Shown: positions 29,459 through 40,431, numbered from the stretch's first letter. The stretch: 64,000 bases of DNA from an uncultured delta proteobacterium (GCA_963804955.1 CAWDSQ010000005.1:32001-96000); one strand, 5' to 3'. Notes: generated by a model not told the origin, from the letters alone. Numbers and translations are program-made.

Positions 29459-29578
29459 CTAATTTCCATAATTTCTTCATAATTTCCAATTTCTTCATGC
29501 GCTTGACGATAGAGGAAGCTTTGACGCTGGCAAACTTTTTGTCCGGATAGACAAGGGCGGTTTCTGTTCTGTGCACTG

Positions 29579-29612
29579 AAAAATAAAAGGCCGGGGTTTT
29601 TACACCCCGGCC
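29579..29612 (-). terminator. Intrinsic terminator of the SBBP-repeat gene
   Basis: GGCCGGGGT/ACCCCGGCC stem with a U-rich tail on the minus strand. Confidence 0.72.
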
Positions 29613-29623
29613 GACAACATGGC

Positions 29624-31601
29624 TTATTTAGCCCATCGCATGACAAAGGCATCATATCCGCCTCCCGAAAAGGGCAGCCCGTCAAAAGCGCCGGATGCAT
29701 AACCCGTGTAATAAATCGACTCTGCATCCACTGCTATTCCGCCTCCTTCCGTGTCCACTCCTGCAGCACCCATTTGCCTGACCCATTGCCACGAGCTCGC
29801 GGGGTCGTAGGCAGCTGCGTAAAAATCATAGTCCCCCCGAACGGGCTGCCCATCGAGCGAGCCCTCGGTATAGCCTGTTATGTAGATCCTGCCGCCAGCA
29901 TCAAGAGCTATGCCATAAGCCAGAGTCTCCCCTGCCTGGCCCAGCTGGCGCGTCCATTGCCATGCCCCTGATCCATCATATTTAATAATAAAGGCATCAT
30001 ATGAACCAGCCAGGGTCTGGCCGTCGAGCGAAGCGGTGGTTTCTCCGGCAATATAGCTGTTATTATCTGAATCAATGGCCAGTGCGTATCCGTAGGTGTA
30101 TGTACCTGGAGCGCCCCTTTGCTTCAGCCATTGCAAGTTGCCGTCTGCATCATATTTGAGAATAAATAAATCACTGTCTCCTGTTAATGTCTGGCCTCCA
30201 AGCGAACCGCCGGTATAGCCTGCAACATAACAGCTGCCGTCGGCAGTTACCGCCACTCCCTTGCCTGCATCATATCCGCCACCTGCCGATGACAATACCC
30301 TGGCCCATTGCTGAACGCCGTTTTCATTGTATTTCGCAACAACAACATCATCCCTCTCGGCATCCGTGTTTTTCGCTCCTGTTACAAAGCAGTTGCCTCC
30401 CTGGTCGACAGCTATATCCCTGTAAGCGGTACTCGCAAGCCCGTAGCCGAGAAACCTGATCCAAAGCCTGGTTCCATTGTCATTATATTTCGCGATGAAG
30501 GCATCTCTGTAGCCAGTTACGGTCTGATCATCTATCTGCCTGTCTGTCTCGCCGCCGATATAGATATTGCCGCTTGCGTCCACTGCAATGGCATAGCCGG
30601 ATGTTGTTGCTCCGGCCGCGCCCAGAAAGCGGGTAAACAGCCTGTTCCCGGCTGCATCATATTTAATGATACAAGCATCCTGAACGCCGCTGATCGGCTG
30701 AGAAAAAAGAGTTCCGTCCGTAAACCCGGTTATATAGCTGTTGCCCTGTGCATCAACAGCTATATCCATTCCGAAAGTATTTTTTCCTGCTCCAGCGCCA
30801 AACTGTCTGGACCAATGATCAATCCAGCTCGCATATAAAATCACATCGGACGATCCCATGGTAAAGGTGGCCCCCGGCATGTAGCTTGTGCCGCTGCCGT
30901 TTGCGGCGGTGTTCCAGCCGACGAACATGAGCCCGGTCTTTGTCAGATTATCAGTATTGCCGAGCACGGTCACGGTCGCGCCCTGCGCATACGTATGCGT
31001 ATCGATCGGCGCGTTGCCGCCGGTTGACTGGTTATCGTCATAGGTTACGGTATAGGTGGGCGCCCATGTGGCGTACAGGTTTACATTTGCTGTGGCCATG
31101 GCAAACGTAGCGCCTGCGGCATAAGCGGTTCCGCCGCCGTCGGCCTGCGTGTTCCAGCCCGAGAAAACATAATCTGTCTTTACAAGAGTGCCGGTATTGC
31201 CGAGCACGGTCACGGTCGCGCCTTGTGCGTACTGAGTCGTATCAGTAGGGGGGCTGCCGCCGGTTGCGCCATTGGCATTATAGGAAACGGTAAAGCCAGG
31301 CTGAGCCCACTTGGCAAACAGGGAAGTATCATTTTTGATTTTGAAGGTAACGCCGGCTGCATAGTCTGTTCCGCTGCCGTTTGCGGCAGTGTTCCGAGCC
31401 CGAAAACACAGAGCCGGTTTTTGCCAGGCTCCCGGTATTACCAAGCACGGTGACGGTCGCGCCCTTCCAATATTTTTTTGCTTCGGCCGGGACAGTTCCA
31501 GAGTGTGCGCCGTTGGCATCATAGGTGACGGTCTTGCAGCCATAGCTGAATAAACAGGCAGAGAAAATCAGGAATGCAATCAGGACTGATTTTGTTTTCA
31601 C
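29624..31601 (-). CDS. Surface lipoprotein: three InlB-B (Listeria-Bacteroides) repeats plus SBBP beta-propeller (frameshift near 31400)
   Basis: GTG start with GGAGG RBS, lipobox FSYGC; repeated GATVTVLGNT...GWNT-A-G-GT-Y..LYA-W; repeated IAVD--GN-YI-G-T...DAFI-KYD blades. Confidence 0.82.
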
Positions 31602-31792
31602 GGTGGACCTCCCTTTTGAAGTTTTGACCGGCTTTGTCGGTCTCTATATAATATAACTTAAAAATAAGAGTCAATATAAATAGCCGGACGAGAGGGTGTG
31701 AATGCCCGGCCTGCATCAGAACAGTTCTGTAAAATTCCAGATGGCGCGGCGGAGGATCTATACAGGCGAATTCAATTTCAAATTTCACCAAT

Positions 31793-31822
31793 AAAAAAAA
31801 TGGGCGGAATATGCCCGCCCAT
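31793..31822 (-). terminator. Intrinsic terminator downstream of a gene remnant
   Basis: ATGGGCGG/CCGCCCAT stem with a T-run on the minus strand. Confidence 0.65.
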
Positions 31823-31862
31823 CAAATACTATCAAAAGGGGATTATTGTCTTAAATCTTGTT

Positions 31863-31997
31863 TTATTCTTTTGTTAAGGGAATAGGAACTGCAGGACTCG
31901 TTGTTGGAGATAATACCAGAGTATTTCCTGCTCTTACGAAAGTGAATGTTGCGGTCGCGGATACAGGTGTTGCATTCACCCCGTTCACCGTATAGTC
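31863..31997 (-). pseudogene. Orphan 3' gene fragment cut at a REP boundary
   Basis: Reads DYTVNGVNATPVSATATFTFVRAGNTLVLSPTTSPAVPIPLTKE*, followed by a terminator; no plausible start or RBS. Confidence 0.4.
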
Positions 31998-32139
31998 CGT
32001 AGGGTGCGCCGTGCGCACCAATGACGGCTGTGGCGTGGGTTATTGTGTTGCTATGTCAACGGTACACAAAATCCGGTTGCAGGGGTGATTGTGTATTTTG
32101 ATTGACGTGATTATCGGTGCGCAGGGCGCACCCTACGGA
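31996..32139. repeat. Inverted pair of GTAG-family REP sequences (REPIN-like)
   Basis: TCCGTAGGGTGCGCCGTGCGCACC (31996-32019) and GGTGCGCAGGGCGCACCCTACGGA (32116-32139), 23 of 24 complementary. Confidence 0.8.
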
Positions 32140-32228
32140 TTAATTTGGGACAACAGCCACTAATTTATGAGCACCCCGCTTCAGTTTAATAACCTGCCGG
32201 ATCAAAATGCGGGCAGACAGACTGCTGC

Positions 32229-32257
32229 TTGACATACTTTAAAAGGTATAGTACATT
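32229..32257 (+). promoter_or_regulatory. Sigma70 promoter of the TA operon (probably leaderless)
   Basis: TTGACA-17 bp-TACATT ending 6 nt before the ATG; imperfect palindrome ATACTTTAAAAGGTAT in the spacer. Confidence 0.65.
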
Positions 32258-32263
32258 TATAGT

Positions 32264-32545
32264 ATGTGGGAGATATATGAACATCACACGCTTGTACGAA
32301 AAATACCGAGAATCCCTTTGGAGGTCTTGAAGCGGTACGAAAAGTGGAAGGACATTGTGCTCATTTCGGGCCCTGAAGGCCTGAGGCATATCAAAGGCTT
32401 TCATGATGAGGCCCTGAAGGGACAATGGACAGGCTTCCGATCTTCACGGCTGGGGCTTCAATACAGGCTTATTTATAAGATAGAAAGCAGGAAGCTCTAC
32501 GTCCGGGTTTTGGATATTAATGCTCATGACTACAGGAAAACATAA
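32264..32545 (+). CDS. higB: Type II toxin, RelE/HigB-family mRNA interferase
   Basis: HDEALKGQWTGFRSSRLGLQYRLIY...HDY; toxin-first gene order. Confidence 0.82.
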   Translation: MWEIYEHHTLVRKIPRIPLEVLKRYEKWKDIVLISGPEGLRHIKGFHDEALKGQWTGFRSSRLGLQYRLIYKIESRKLYVRVLDINAHDYRKT

Positions 32546-32546
32546 A

Positions 32547-32807
32547 ATGAAAAATTACCGAAGGGCCAGAAAAACTGTTGATGTTTCCGTGGGGGAATCG
32601 GTGCGCATCATACGGGAACTGCAGGAGCTCAGCCAGAACAGACTGGCCGAACTTACCGGCATACCGCAGTCGACGATTTCAGCCATTGAAAACGACCGCA
32701 TTCAACTGGGAATTGAACGGGCGAAGGTTCTTGCCACTGCACTGAAATGCCATCCTGCCGTGCTTGTATTCCCGGGCTGGGAGATCAAGCAGCAGACGGC
32801 AGCCTGA
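32547..32807 (+). CDS. higA: Xre-HTH antitoxin (HigA-like)
   Basis: LSQNRLAELTGIPQSTISAIEN HTH, immediately after the toxin. Confidence 0.82.
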   Translation: MKNYRRARKTVDVSVGESVRIIRELQELSQNRLAELTGIPQSTISAIENDRIQLGIERAKVLATALKCHPAVLVFPGWEIKQQTAA

Positions 32808-32991
32808 GGCTTATTGCAGGGCGTTAGAGCAAAGGGATCAGAGCTGTTTATAGTGCCACCTCACCCTAACTCTCCCCCCCCCTTCGCTGTGCTCACAGCC
32901 GGCCATCAGCCTTGACACACGCTCACCCTTCAATTAAATACTAAAGCAGGGGCGCAACAGGTGACGGCAGCCACTTTTTAGGAGAAAAAAA

Positions 32992-33342
32992 ATGAACTGC
33001 GACAGATGCGGATGCCTGATTAAACAGGATCAGGAAATGAAATATGCGGGAAAGATTTTGTGCGAGGATTGCTATATGGATGTGCTCTCGCCGGCTAAAA
33101 CCTGTGATCCCTGGGCTGTGTATATTGCAAAATCATTTTCTGAAAAGCAATCCGCCTTAACTGAACTTCAAAAGGATATTTTAAAAATAGCCGGGGAGAC
33201 ACAAGGAGTGGAGCTGGAAGCTTTGGCACATAAGCTCAATATAAAGACGGGTGATTTAGAGAGAGAAATTGCCACCTTGCGGCATATGGAAAAAATACGG
33301 GCAGCCATGAAAGATGGCAGGAAAGTAATTTGCCTGTGGTAG
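32992..33342 (+). CDS. Hypothetical protein: N-terminal Zn finger plus winged-helix-like domain
   Basis: CDRC...CEDC, CDPWAV, LEREIATLRHME; AGGAG RBS. Confidence 0.6.
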   Translation: MNCDRCGCLIKQDQEMKYAGKILCEDCYMDVLSPAKTCDPWAVYIAKSFSEKQSALTELQKDILKIAGETQGVELEALAHKLNIKTGDLEREIATLRHMEKIRAAMKDGRKVICLW

Positions 33343-33449
33343 CTGAAGGATAGCCGAAGGTGATTTTGCTTTTCAAAAATTAATCAGCCACGATGAAGAG
33401 CGGAGGGGTTTCCTGAATCAAAAAAACACTGCCGCGCAGCTGCAAAGCC

Positions 33450-33989
33450 TTAGACGCCCGGAGGCAGCTTCAGCATTCGTTTCCGGAGATTGAGCGTCCG
33501 GCCATCGACAATAAAAGTTCCATCGCCATTGGCGTGAAATGTACGGCGTTCCTTCCTCGCGGTATCAATCCAGGCGTGAACTGCTTCCAAAACGAAGATG
33601 CTGTATGTGTCAATGTAGTCCTTGACTCTGCATTCGATATTTGCAAGACACTCCGCAATAAGAGGAGCTTTGACCGATTTTGCCTTGACCGGCGTTAAGT
33701 CGAAAGCTTTGAATTTATCGGTGTCCGAGCCGGAACAACTGCCGATGTCAACCGCCCTGGCAGCAAGATCAATTGCGGGAATGGCAAGCACGCATTCTTT
33801 TTTTGTGCTCAGCGCGTTAAAGGTATAATCCCAGGGGCCTATGACGCAGGCGATCTGCGGAGAGAAGTCCAGGACCATATGCCAGGTCAAAGTCATGATG
33901 TTTTTTTTTCTGCCGGAAGCGGTTGTCACGAGAACAACGGGCCCGGGCTCTATCAGCTGAAAAGCTTTATGCAGGGGGAGCTCTTCCAT
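33450..33989 (-). CDS. Flavin reductase family protein
   Basis: EPGPVVLVTT, NIMTLTW, GSCSGSDTDKF, APLIAECLANIEC; only the last 179 codons of the 437-aa ORF. Confidence 0.85.
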   Translation of the reverse strand: MEELPLHKAFQLIEPGPVVLVTTASGRKKNIMTLTWHMVLDFSPQIACVIGPWDYTFNALSTKKECVLAIPAIDLAARAVDIGSCSGSDTDKFKAFDLTPVKAKSVKAPLIAECLANIECRVKDYIDTYSIFVLEAVHAWIDTARKERRTFHANGDGTFIVDGRTLNLRKRMLKLPPGV

Positions 33990-34310
33990 TTCAAAAGCCT
34001 TTCGCTTTACAATTAGAAAAAAAGCCTCACAGGATCGGAGGCGATTCTCAGATGCTCGTGATACGGCCCCGCTTTGATATGGGCAAAATATAGGATGGGC
34101 GCGTCCGGGTGTCAAGAGTGTAAAGATTGGGGGCGGGTCTACGTTTGACTGAGGCTGTCGATACAGGCCGCTGGCGGCTTCATCTGAGCGCCGCCCGCTT
34201 GAGGAGCAATTTCTTTGACACCGCAGGCCGGCATAGCCTATACTGACCCCTGCAAACACAAACTGGCATACGGCAATACCGCTCCGGATGTGAGGAAAGG
34301 AACAACCGCC

Positions 34311-35168
34311 ATGGACTATTTCAAGGGAACCGAGGACTATGTAATCTCGCCGGAGCTGCGCGACAGCGTTAATGTCTCCATTGCCCTTGGCCGGCCCCTG
34401 GTGGTTAAAGGCGAGCCGGGCACGGGCAAGACCCTGCTTGCCCGGGCCATTGCCACGGGCCTGCAGAAGCAGCTGTTTGTCTGGAATATCAAGTCGACCA
34501 CCAAGGCCCAGGAAGGGCTGTATATGTATGATACGGTCAAGCGGCTCAATGACGCCCGGTTCGGCGACCGCGATATTTCTGACATTAAGCCCTATATAAA
34601 ACTCGGCAAGCTCGGCGAGGCTTTTGCATCGCCTGAGCAGGTGGTGCTCATTATCGATGAAATCGACAAGGCGGATTTGGAGTTCCCCAATGACCTTTTG
34701 AATGAGCTTGACGAGATGAGCTTCCATATCCCCGAGACCGGGGAGACCATCAAGGCCAGACACCGCCCCATTGTCATCATTACGTCAAACAGCGAAAAGG
34801 AGCTGCCCGACCCGTTTCTGCGGCGCTGCATTTTTCACTATATCGAATTCCCCGGCGAGCAGCTCATGGCCGAGATCATCGCTGTGCATTTTCCCGACCT
34901 TGAGACAAAGCTGCTGCGGGAGGCGCTCAAGAAATTCTACTGGATACGCCGCTTTGACATGCTGCGCAAAAAGCCATCGACCAGCGAGCTCATCGACTGG
35001 CTGCAGGCCCTGATCATCGCGGGCATACCTGCAGCGCTGATCGAAAAAGAGCTGCCTTTTGCGGGCACGCTTCTCAAGAAAAAAGAAGACGCGGACCTTG
35101 TGGCCGGCAAGGCGGGCAGGGCCCACTATGCCTATTCAACCAGCACGAAGTCGCGGCGTGTTTCTTAA
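34311..35168 (+). CDS. MoxR/CoxD-like AAA+ ATPase
   Basis: Walker A GEPGTGKT, Walker B IIDEIDKAD, FPNDLL, ELPDPFLRRC, KKPSTSELIDW. Confidence 0.9.
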   Translation: MDYFKGTEDYVISPELRDSVNVSIALGRPLVVKGEPGTGKTLLARAIATGLQKQLFVWNIKSTTKAQEGLYMYDTVKRLNDARFGDRDISDIKPYIKLGKLGEAFASPEQVVLIIDEIDKADLEFPNDLLNELDEMSFHIPETGETIKARHRPIVIITSNSEKELPDPFLRRCIFHYIEFPGEQLMAEIIAVHFPDLETKLLREALKKFYWIRRFDMLRKKPSTSELIDWLQALIIAGIPAALIEKELPFAGTLLKKKEDADLVAGKAGRAHYAYSTSTKSRRVS

Positions 35169-36364
35169 TTTCTTCCTCAATCTCAGGTCAAAGGGCGTGC
35201 CCGTTACGCTGCACGAGTGGATGACCCTGCACAGCGCCCTTGCCCTCAATCTGAGCAACGTGCAGCCTGACGCATTTCTACCATATAGCCCGCTCCATAC
35301 TCGTGAAAAGCGAGATCTATTTCGACCGCTATGACATGGCGTTTCTGGACACGTTTTCCGGCATCGAGACAACCGACGAGCTGCTTGACCGGGTGCTTGC
35401 CTGCCTGCGCCAGACGCGCGACCTTCAGCTGACGGACCAGGAGAAGAAAGAGCTGGCCGAGCTTGACCTCGACCAGGTGCTGAAAAATTTCGAGCGCCAA
35501 CTGCTTGAGCAGAGAAACGACAAAGACTATTCCAGCGACAATGGCGGCAACCGGGCCATCGGCACCAGCGGCACCTCGACGCAGGGCGCCTGGGGCTATA
35601 ACCCGGCGGGCATCCGCATCGGCCAGGGCATATCGCGCAACCGGCGCGCTGTGCAGGTTGCCGAGCGCCGGGCATTTAAAAACTACGCCAGCGACCGTAC
35701 TTTGGACATACGGCAGATGAAGGTGGCGCTCTCTCACCTGCGCTCGCTGCTGCCCGCGGGCCAGGGAGACAAGCTCGATGTGGGGGCCACGATCGACGCC
35801 ACGTGCAGAAACGCGGGCGAGCTTGAGCTTGTCTGGGAAGAGAAAGTCAAAAAAGGCTCCAAGGTGATTTTATTCATGGATGTGGGCGGCTCCATGACCC
35901 CGTACTCGCAGCTGGTCGATCAGCTGTTCTCGGCAGCCGCGGCCCAGATAAGCCGGTTCCGCCACTTTTATTTCCACAACTGCATCTACCAGGACCTGCG
36001 CACCGACATGGAGGGCGACAGCACCATCCCGACCCTTGATTTCCTGAAAGCCGTCGAGCCGGACTACAAGGTCATAGTTGTCGGTGATGCCGAGATGGCG
36101 CCCTCGGAGCTGACCTGGGTCAACGGCGCTGTGGACTACTGGTATCACAATGACACGCCCGGCATAGTCTGGCTGCAGCGGCTGCGCGCGACCTTCCCCG
36201 ACATCATCTGGCTCAACCCGCTCCGCCGCGGCAGGTGGGACGCGGTGAAATCGGTGCGCATGGTGCGCGATATTTTTCCCATGTTCGAGCTGACCCTTGA
36301 AGGGCTGGATGACGGAATAAAGTATCTCATTCAGGGCAAAGCGCGCCTGCACCGGGCGGTATAG
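35158..36364 (+). CDS. CoxE-like vWA domain partner of MoxR (frameshift near 35260)
   Basis: GTG-FLNFFLNLRSKGVPV start in one frame; MDVGGSM, YFHNCIY, VGDAEMAPSEL, WLNP in the other. Confidence 0.83.
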
Positions 36365-36428
36365 GCACCGAGAGAGGAAGGGGGGGCGGATTTTTTCTCA
36401 GGAAGAAGCTCGCATCGCAGGCAGGTAC

Positions 36429-37208
36429 CTACTGCAGTACTGTTGTCCGGCCAATGGGAAACTGGGCCTGCTGCGTCGGGGCGGCGTCGCCTGTTGCCAT
36501 CAAGGACAGGGGATAGCCATATACCGCACCTTGTTTGCCGATGCTCTCCAGATAGAAATAGACAGGCCACCAGTGGCGCTCCGAGCCGGCAAGCGATGCA
36601 GGGGCAAGGGCTGTCACATCAAAGTTGTGGGCATTTTTCAGAGCGCCGTTGGTTGATGGCACAGGATCATCGGTGTTGATATAGGCTTCGGCAAAATCAG
36701 CGCCCGGGCCGAAGCGCCGCTTCCCGTAGGTCCAGTCTATAAAGCCGTTGCCGGAAAACGGGTCAAGAAATGTGAGATGAATGAGGGCGGCGCCTGAGCC
36801 TTGTTTACGATAGGCATCACAGGCTCCCTGAATAACGAAGGCGCCCACGCTGTGCCCCACAAGCTGGATGCGCTCATAGCTGTAATCTGCCGAGGAAAGC
36901 GTTTCACCGATATAGCTTCCGATTTCAAGCCCTGCCTTTGATGCCGATGTCTTGCTCCCGGCAGAGGTGCTCCAGTCATAGGCAACCAGGTCCCACAGCT
37001 CTCTGCTGGCAATGGTTGTATCAATCTTCTGAATGACATCTGCAGGCCAGTCAGCGGCTGTGTCGCCGCTGCCGTGCACGACCAGCAGCAGATACCGTGC
37101 GCCTTCAGTTTGCGGCGGCAGGTGCTGGGGCGTTATATTGCTGCATGAGCAGACAAAAGCCAGCAGCAGAACGATCAGTTTGACAGCATGTTTTTTTAAG
37201 CGGCGCAT
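36429..37208 (-). CDS. Lipoprotein, alpha/beta-hydrolase (lipase-like)
   Basis: Lipoprotein-like signal (AFVCSC), VHG oxyanion region, GHSVG nucleophile, FLDP, late His. Confidence 0.72.
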   Translation of the reverse strand: MRRLKKHAVKLIVLLLAFVCSCSNITPQHLPPQTEGARYLLLVVHGSGDTAADWPADVIQKIDTTIASRELWDLVAYDWSTSAGSKTSASKAGLEIGSYIGETLSSADYSYERIQLVGHSVGAFVIQGACDAYRKQGSGAALIHLTFLDPFSGNGFIDWTYGKRRFGPGADFAEAYINTDDPVPSTNGALKNAHNFDVTALAPASLAGSERHWWPVYFYLESIGKQGAVYGYPLSLMATGDAAPTQQAQFPIGRTTVLQ

Positions 37209-37325
37209 AAAAACCCTATGTCTTAGCAGGGATTGATGCAGCGGGAGCCCTTATAACGGCCCCTTATTAATCCTTCGGCGGCACCCGGCATCTGCTGCCT
37301 GCAGCCGCGAGGCCTGCCATCCTGT

Positions 37326-38195
37326 TCAGCGGATAGCTCCCGGGCCTTCCTTCTGAATAATGGTGCGGAGCGATTCCCCCGGCCGGGCTCTGCGCAGCCT
37401 GGCTATGGCATTTCTCAGGAGCGCCAGCACCCGCTCCTTTGTGGTAAAATTTTCAATCATAACGGCAATGGCAGGATGGTGCCCGCCGCCGCCGCCGGCA
37501 ATAACGCGCCATGCCCGCTCATGCACAGCGAGCCTGCCTGTGGGGCAGTCCCGTGCGCACAGCTCGCACTGCACGCATGTTGTCCGGTCGATCACAGGCC
37601 CGTCTTCGGTCAATTGAATGGCCTTTTCAAGGCACATTTTAAGGCATTCTCCGCACTGCGTGCACGGGCTGTCCATGATGTCGACCCGGTGCTGCATGAT
37701 GATGCCGAAATCCTTCATGTAGGGGCTGACGCAGCAGTTGGGGCAGCCCGTCATCCCGATGTTAAACCGGCTGGCGCCATGCAGGGCTCCGGGTGTCAGG
37801 TCAGCCATAATATCGGTAAGCCCTTCCTCCTCCATGACGGACTTCAGGGACCGCATCATGTCCTTCAGGGCGCTGCGCACAAGAGGGCTGTTCTCGCCGT
37901 ACTTGGTAAAGCAGGTATCAATAAAGTAGAGCGCCTTATCATCACTGAAAAAAAGTTCGTCTTCCATCTCGGGCATGGGCCCGGTGCCGGCAAGGAAAGC
38001 CCTGAGCTGTTCGGTTTTTTCCCTGCCCATAAAATCGGCATACACTTTTTCGGTTTCCTGAACCACGCCGGCAGTAACACAATCGAGCCCCCTGTGGCGC
38101 GCAATTTTTTCAGCATGCAGGCGCGCATACGATGTCATGACAGGAGGTATCGGCAGCAATTCAGCCGTTTTTTCAGCAGCAGTGTCCCATTTCAT
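37326..38195 (-). CDS. Nitrite/sulfite-reductase-like 4Fe-4S protein with N-terminal PCP_red-like domain
   Basis: MKWDTAAE...AEKIAR..G-DCVT N-terminus; TGCPNCC; two CxxCxxCxxxC ferredoxin motifs; AGGGGGHHP. Confidence 0.72.
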   Translation of the reverse strand: MKWDTAAEKTAELLPIPPVMTSYARLHAEKIARHRGLDCVTAGVVQETEKVYADFMGREKTEQLRAFLAGTGPMPEMEDELFFSDDKALYFIDTCFTKYGENSPLVRSALKDMMRSLKSVMEEEGLTDIMADLTPGALHGASRFNIGMTGCPNCCVSPYMKDFGIIMQHRVDIMDSPCTQCGECLKMCLEKAIQLTEDGPVIDRTTCVQCELCARDCPTGRLAVHERAWRVIAGGGGGHHPAIAVMIENFTTKERVLALLRNAIARLRRARPGESLRTIIQKEGPGAIR

Positions 38196-38332
38196 AGAAA
38201 TCTCCTTTCGCTATGTGCAGAACGAGCCCGGAGGGCGCATCTCTCTCTGTTTCATCAGCGGCAGGAACCAAAGAGTCAGCGGATTTCCGGGCATGAACAA
38301 CCGGGGGACTTTATTCCCGGATTATGCAGCAC

Positions 38333-39578
38333 TTATTGCAACTCCGGCACAAACAGACCTTTTGCTTTTCGGGCGGCTGCCGCAGGTTCATAAAACGAGT
38401 ATTTCCGCACCGCCTGAATGAGCCGCAAGCGGTTGGCGCCGGCGATGGAGCCGCCGGGCCGGTTCAGCATGGCCGTTGCCGTTTCGTCAGGCTTGAAACT
38501 GCCTGTTTCAAGATAGGCTGCATACCCGAGCGCGTCGAGGCTGAACACCTGCGCCTCAAGCAGCGACTCGAGCAGTTCGGAGCCCCCGTCTGCGGACGGC
38601 CGCATTTCAATCAGCCCTTTGGACTGCATTTCCTGCAGCACTGCTTCCGCCGTGCCGCTTCTGCAGATAATATCATTCCAGCCCCATTCTTCCGACATGG
38701 TTTTGCCGAAGGTGACATCGGAAAGCCTCGCGGTATATGACGGATAGCACAGCAGGCAGCCCGGGTTAAGGGCAGAAAAGTTCATATTGCCGTCGGGTAT
38801 TTCCTTGACCGTGCCGTCGAGCAGCTCAACCGAGGGTATGCCCCGCGCGTAAAAAAACCGCTTGATGTCTTCTTCACGAAGGCCGAGCCGCTGCAGCTGC
38901 TGGTCCACACCCGTATAGCTGTTGGCAAAGAAGCAGTTGAGGCCGATGAGAAAGGATATATTGCCGGTCAGCTCCCGGCACCGCTCCTGCGCGACTGACC
39001 CGTGCCGGGCAAGATACTGCGCCTTGCGCAGGGCTTCGATATGACAGGAGGTGCCGACTACGGCAATGCTTGCGCCTGCTACCGGGAGCTGCGAGAGAAG
39101 CGGGTTGACGGTCGGTTTGGTAAAAGCGCAGGCAAGTATGTCGTCTGAGGACCGCGCGATCCGCGGCTTTGCATGGGCGCAATAGAAGCAGCCATGTGTT
39201 TTATCAGTGAGCAGGGCAGCATCGATCCGTCCGGTCTCAAACAGATAGGTCAAAAATGCGGTTGTCGCACCGCCCCAGTACGAGCGGCTGCGGATTGCAT
39301 CACTGCACGCCCGCCCCAGACTATCCGGCGTGAAGAACCCGAGCAGGCTGTCGTGATGCGGCGCCCCGTTTTTTTGTGCGGCTTCTGCTTCAATGGCCGT
39401 GTAGGGCATCTGAACCCTGGGGCACATCTCCAGGCATATCCCGCATTCCGTGCAGCTTTCCGACACCGCAGGAAGGTGAGTGGTCATGCAGGCTCACGGC
39501 TCCGACCGGACAGGCGGCAACGCACATTCCGCATCCGCTGCACGCTTTACTTTCGACAACAGCTGCGATATTCTCCAT
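38333..39578 (-). CDS. Coenzyme F420 hydrogenase/dehydrogenase beta subunit (FrhB) family with ferredoxin domain (frameshift near 39465)
   Basis: CSGCGMCVAACP and CTECGICLEMCP; GGATTAFL, VVGTSCHIEALRK, IGLNC, C-LC...DVTFG. Confidence 0.75.
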
Positions 39579-39655
39579 ATGAATGCTCATAATGCATAAG
39601 CGGGAAAAAGTAAAGAACTCTTAGAGGCAGTCCACTTCAAGAAAGGGGATTGAAC

Positions 39656-40340
39656 ATGCGCGCAGACACGATATATGCACTCCTTCACGAAAAACTGGGA
39701 ATAAAAAAGCACATTATCGCCCTGAAGCTTGCACGGCAGGAACCGGCTGCCATCGAAAAATACGCCGACATGAACAATATCTGCTACATGATGGCGGAAG
39801 TTCTGGAAGAAAACAAGGTGTTTTATACGACGCTGGAAAACCATGTGTGCCTGCTTGGCTGCGCTGCTACGGGCCTTGATCCGGCGCTGTCCCTGATGAG
39901 CGATGACGAGCGGGCAGAGAGCGACCAGTTCCACACGGCATCGATCAACATATTTCCCGACGGAGGAAATTCAGCAGCGGGCGGAGGCGCAGGCAGATGC
40001 GCTTTTCCCCAAATATTCCGGTGTCTACAAGGCGGTTATTATCGGCAGGCTCGGCTCTGTGGAAGACCCTGACGCGCTTATCCTGTTCGGTACGCCGGAG
40101 CAGGTTCACCATCTGACCCGGGCATACTGTTATGCAACCGGGAATATTATCAGGGGTTTTGCCGGCATGGGTGTCTGCAGAATGCTGTTGCCGCTTGCCT
40201 GCATAGACGGGGAGCCCGCCTTCAGCATCAGCGACCGGGCATGGCGCAGGGCGTTTAGTCTTGCCCCTGATGAGCTCACCCTTGTTACGCCGCCGGAGAA
40301 GCTTGAAATCATGCTGGAGTACCTGGAGCAGTCCTGGTAG
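39656..40340 (+). CDS. DUF169 family protein (frameshift near 39960)
   Basis: LGIKKHIIALK, C-M, HVCLLGCAATG, DPDALILFGTPEQ, C, DRAWRR...DELTLVTP. Confidence 0.72.
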
Positions 40341-40431
40341 CTGCAGGGATGCTGTGCAGAAAAAAATAAAAAGGGCGCCAACACCCTTTTATCCCGTCTG
40401 TATCCCGTCATGCGCCCCCTCCACACGGAGC

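Noticed and set aside
29310..31601. Diversity-generating retroelement or retron linked to the repeat-rich surface protein
   Set aside because: No reverse transcriptase in the window. The internal DNA repeats of the lipoprotein are InlB-B domain repeats, not an adenine-specific TR/VR pair.
32140..32840. Integron cassette carrying the TA module
   Set aside because: No convincing RYYYAAC...GTTRRRY attC pair (GTTAGAG near 32823 fails the consensus) and no integron integrase.
33990..34763. 437-aa minus-strand ORF as a fusion protein
   Set aside because: The upstream 258 codons are largely the antisense shadow of the MoxR gene plus intergenic DNA. Only 33450-33989 resembles a flavin reductase.
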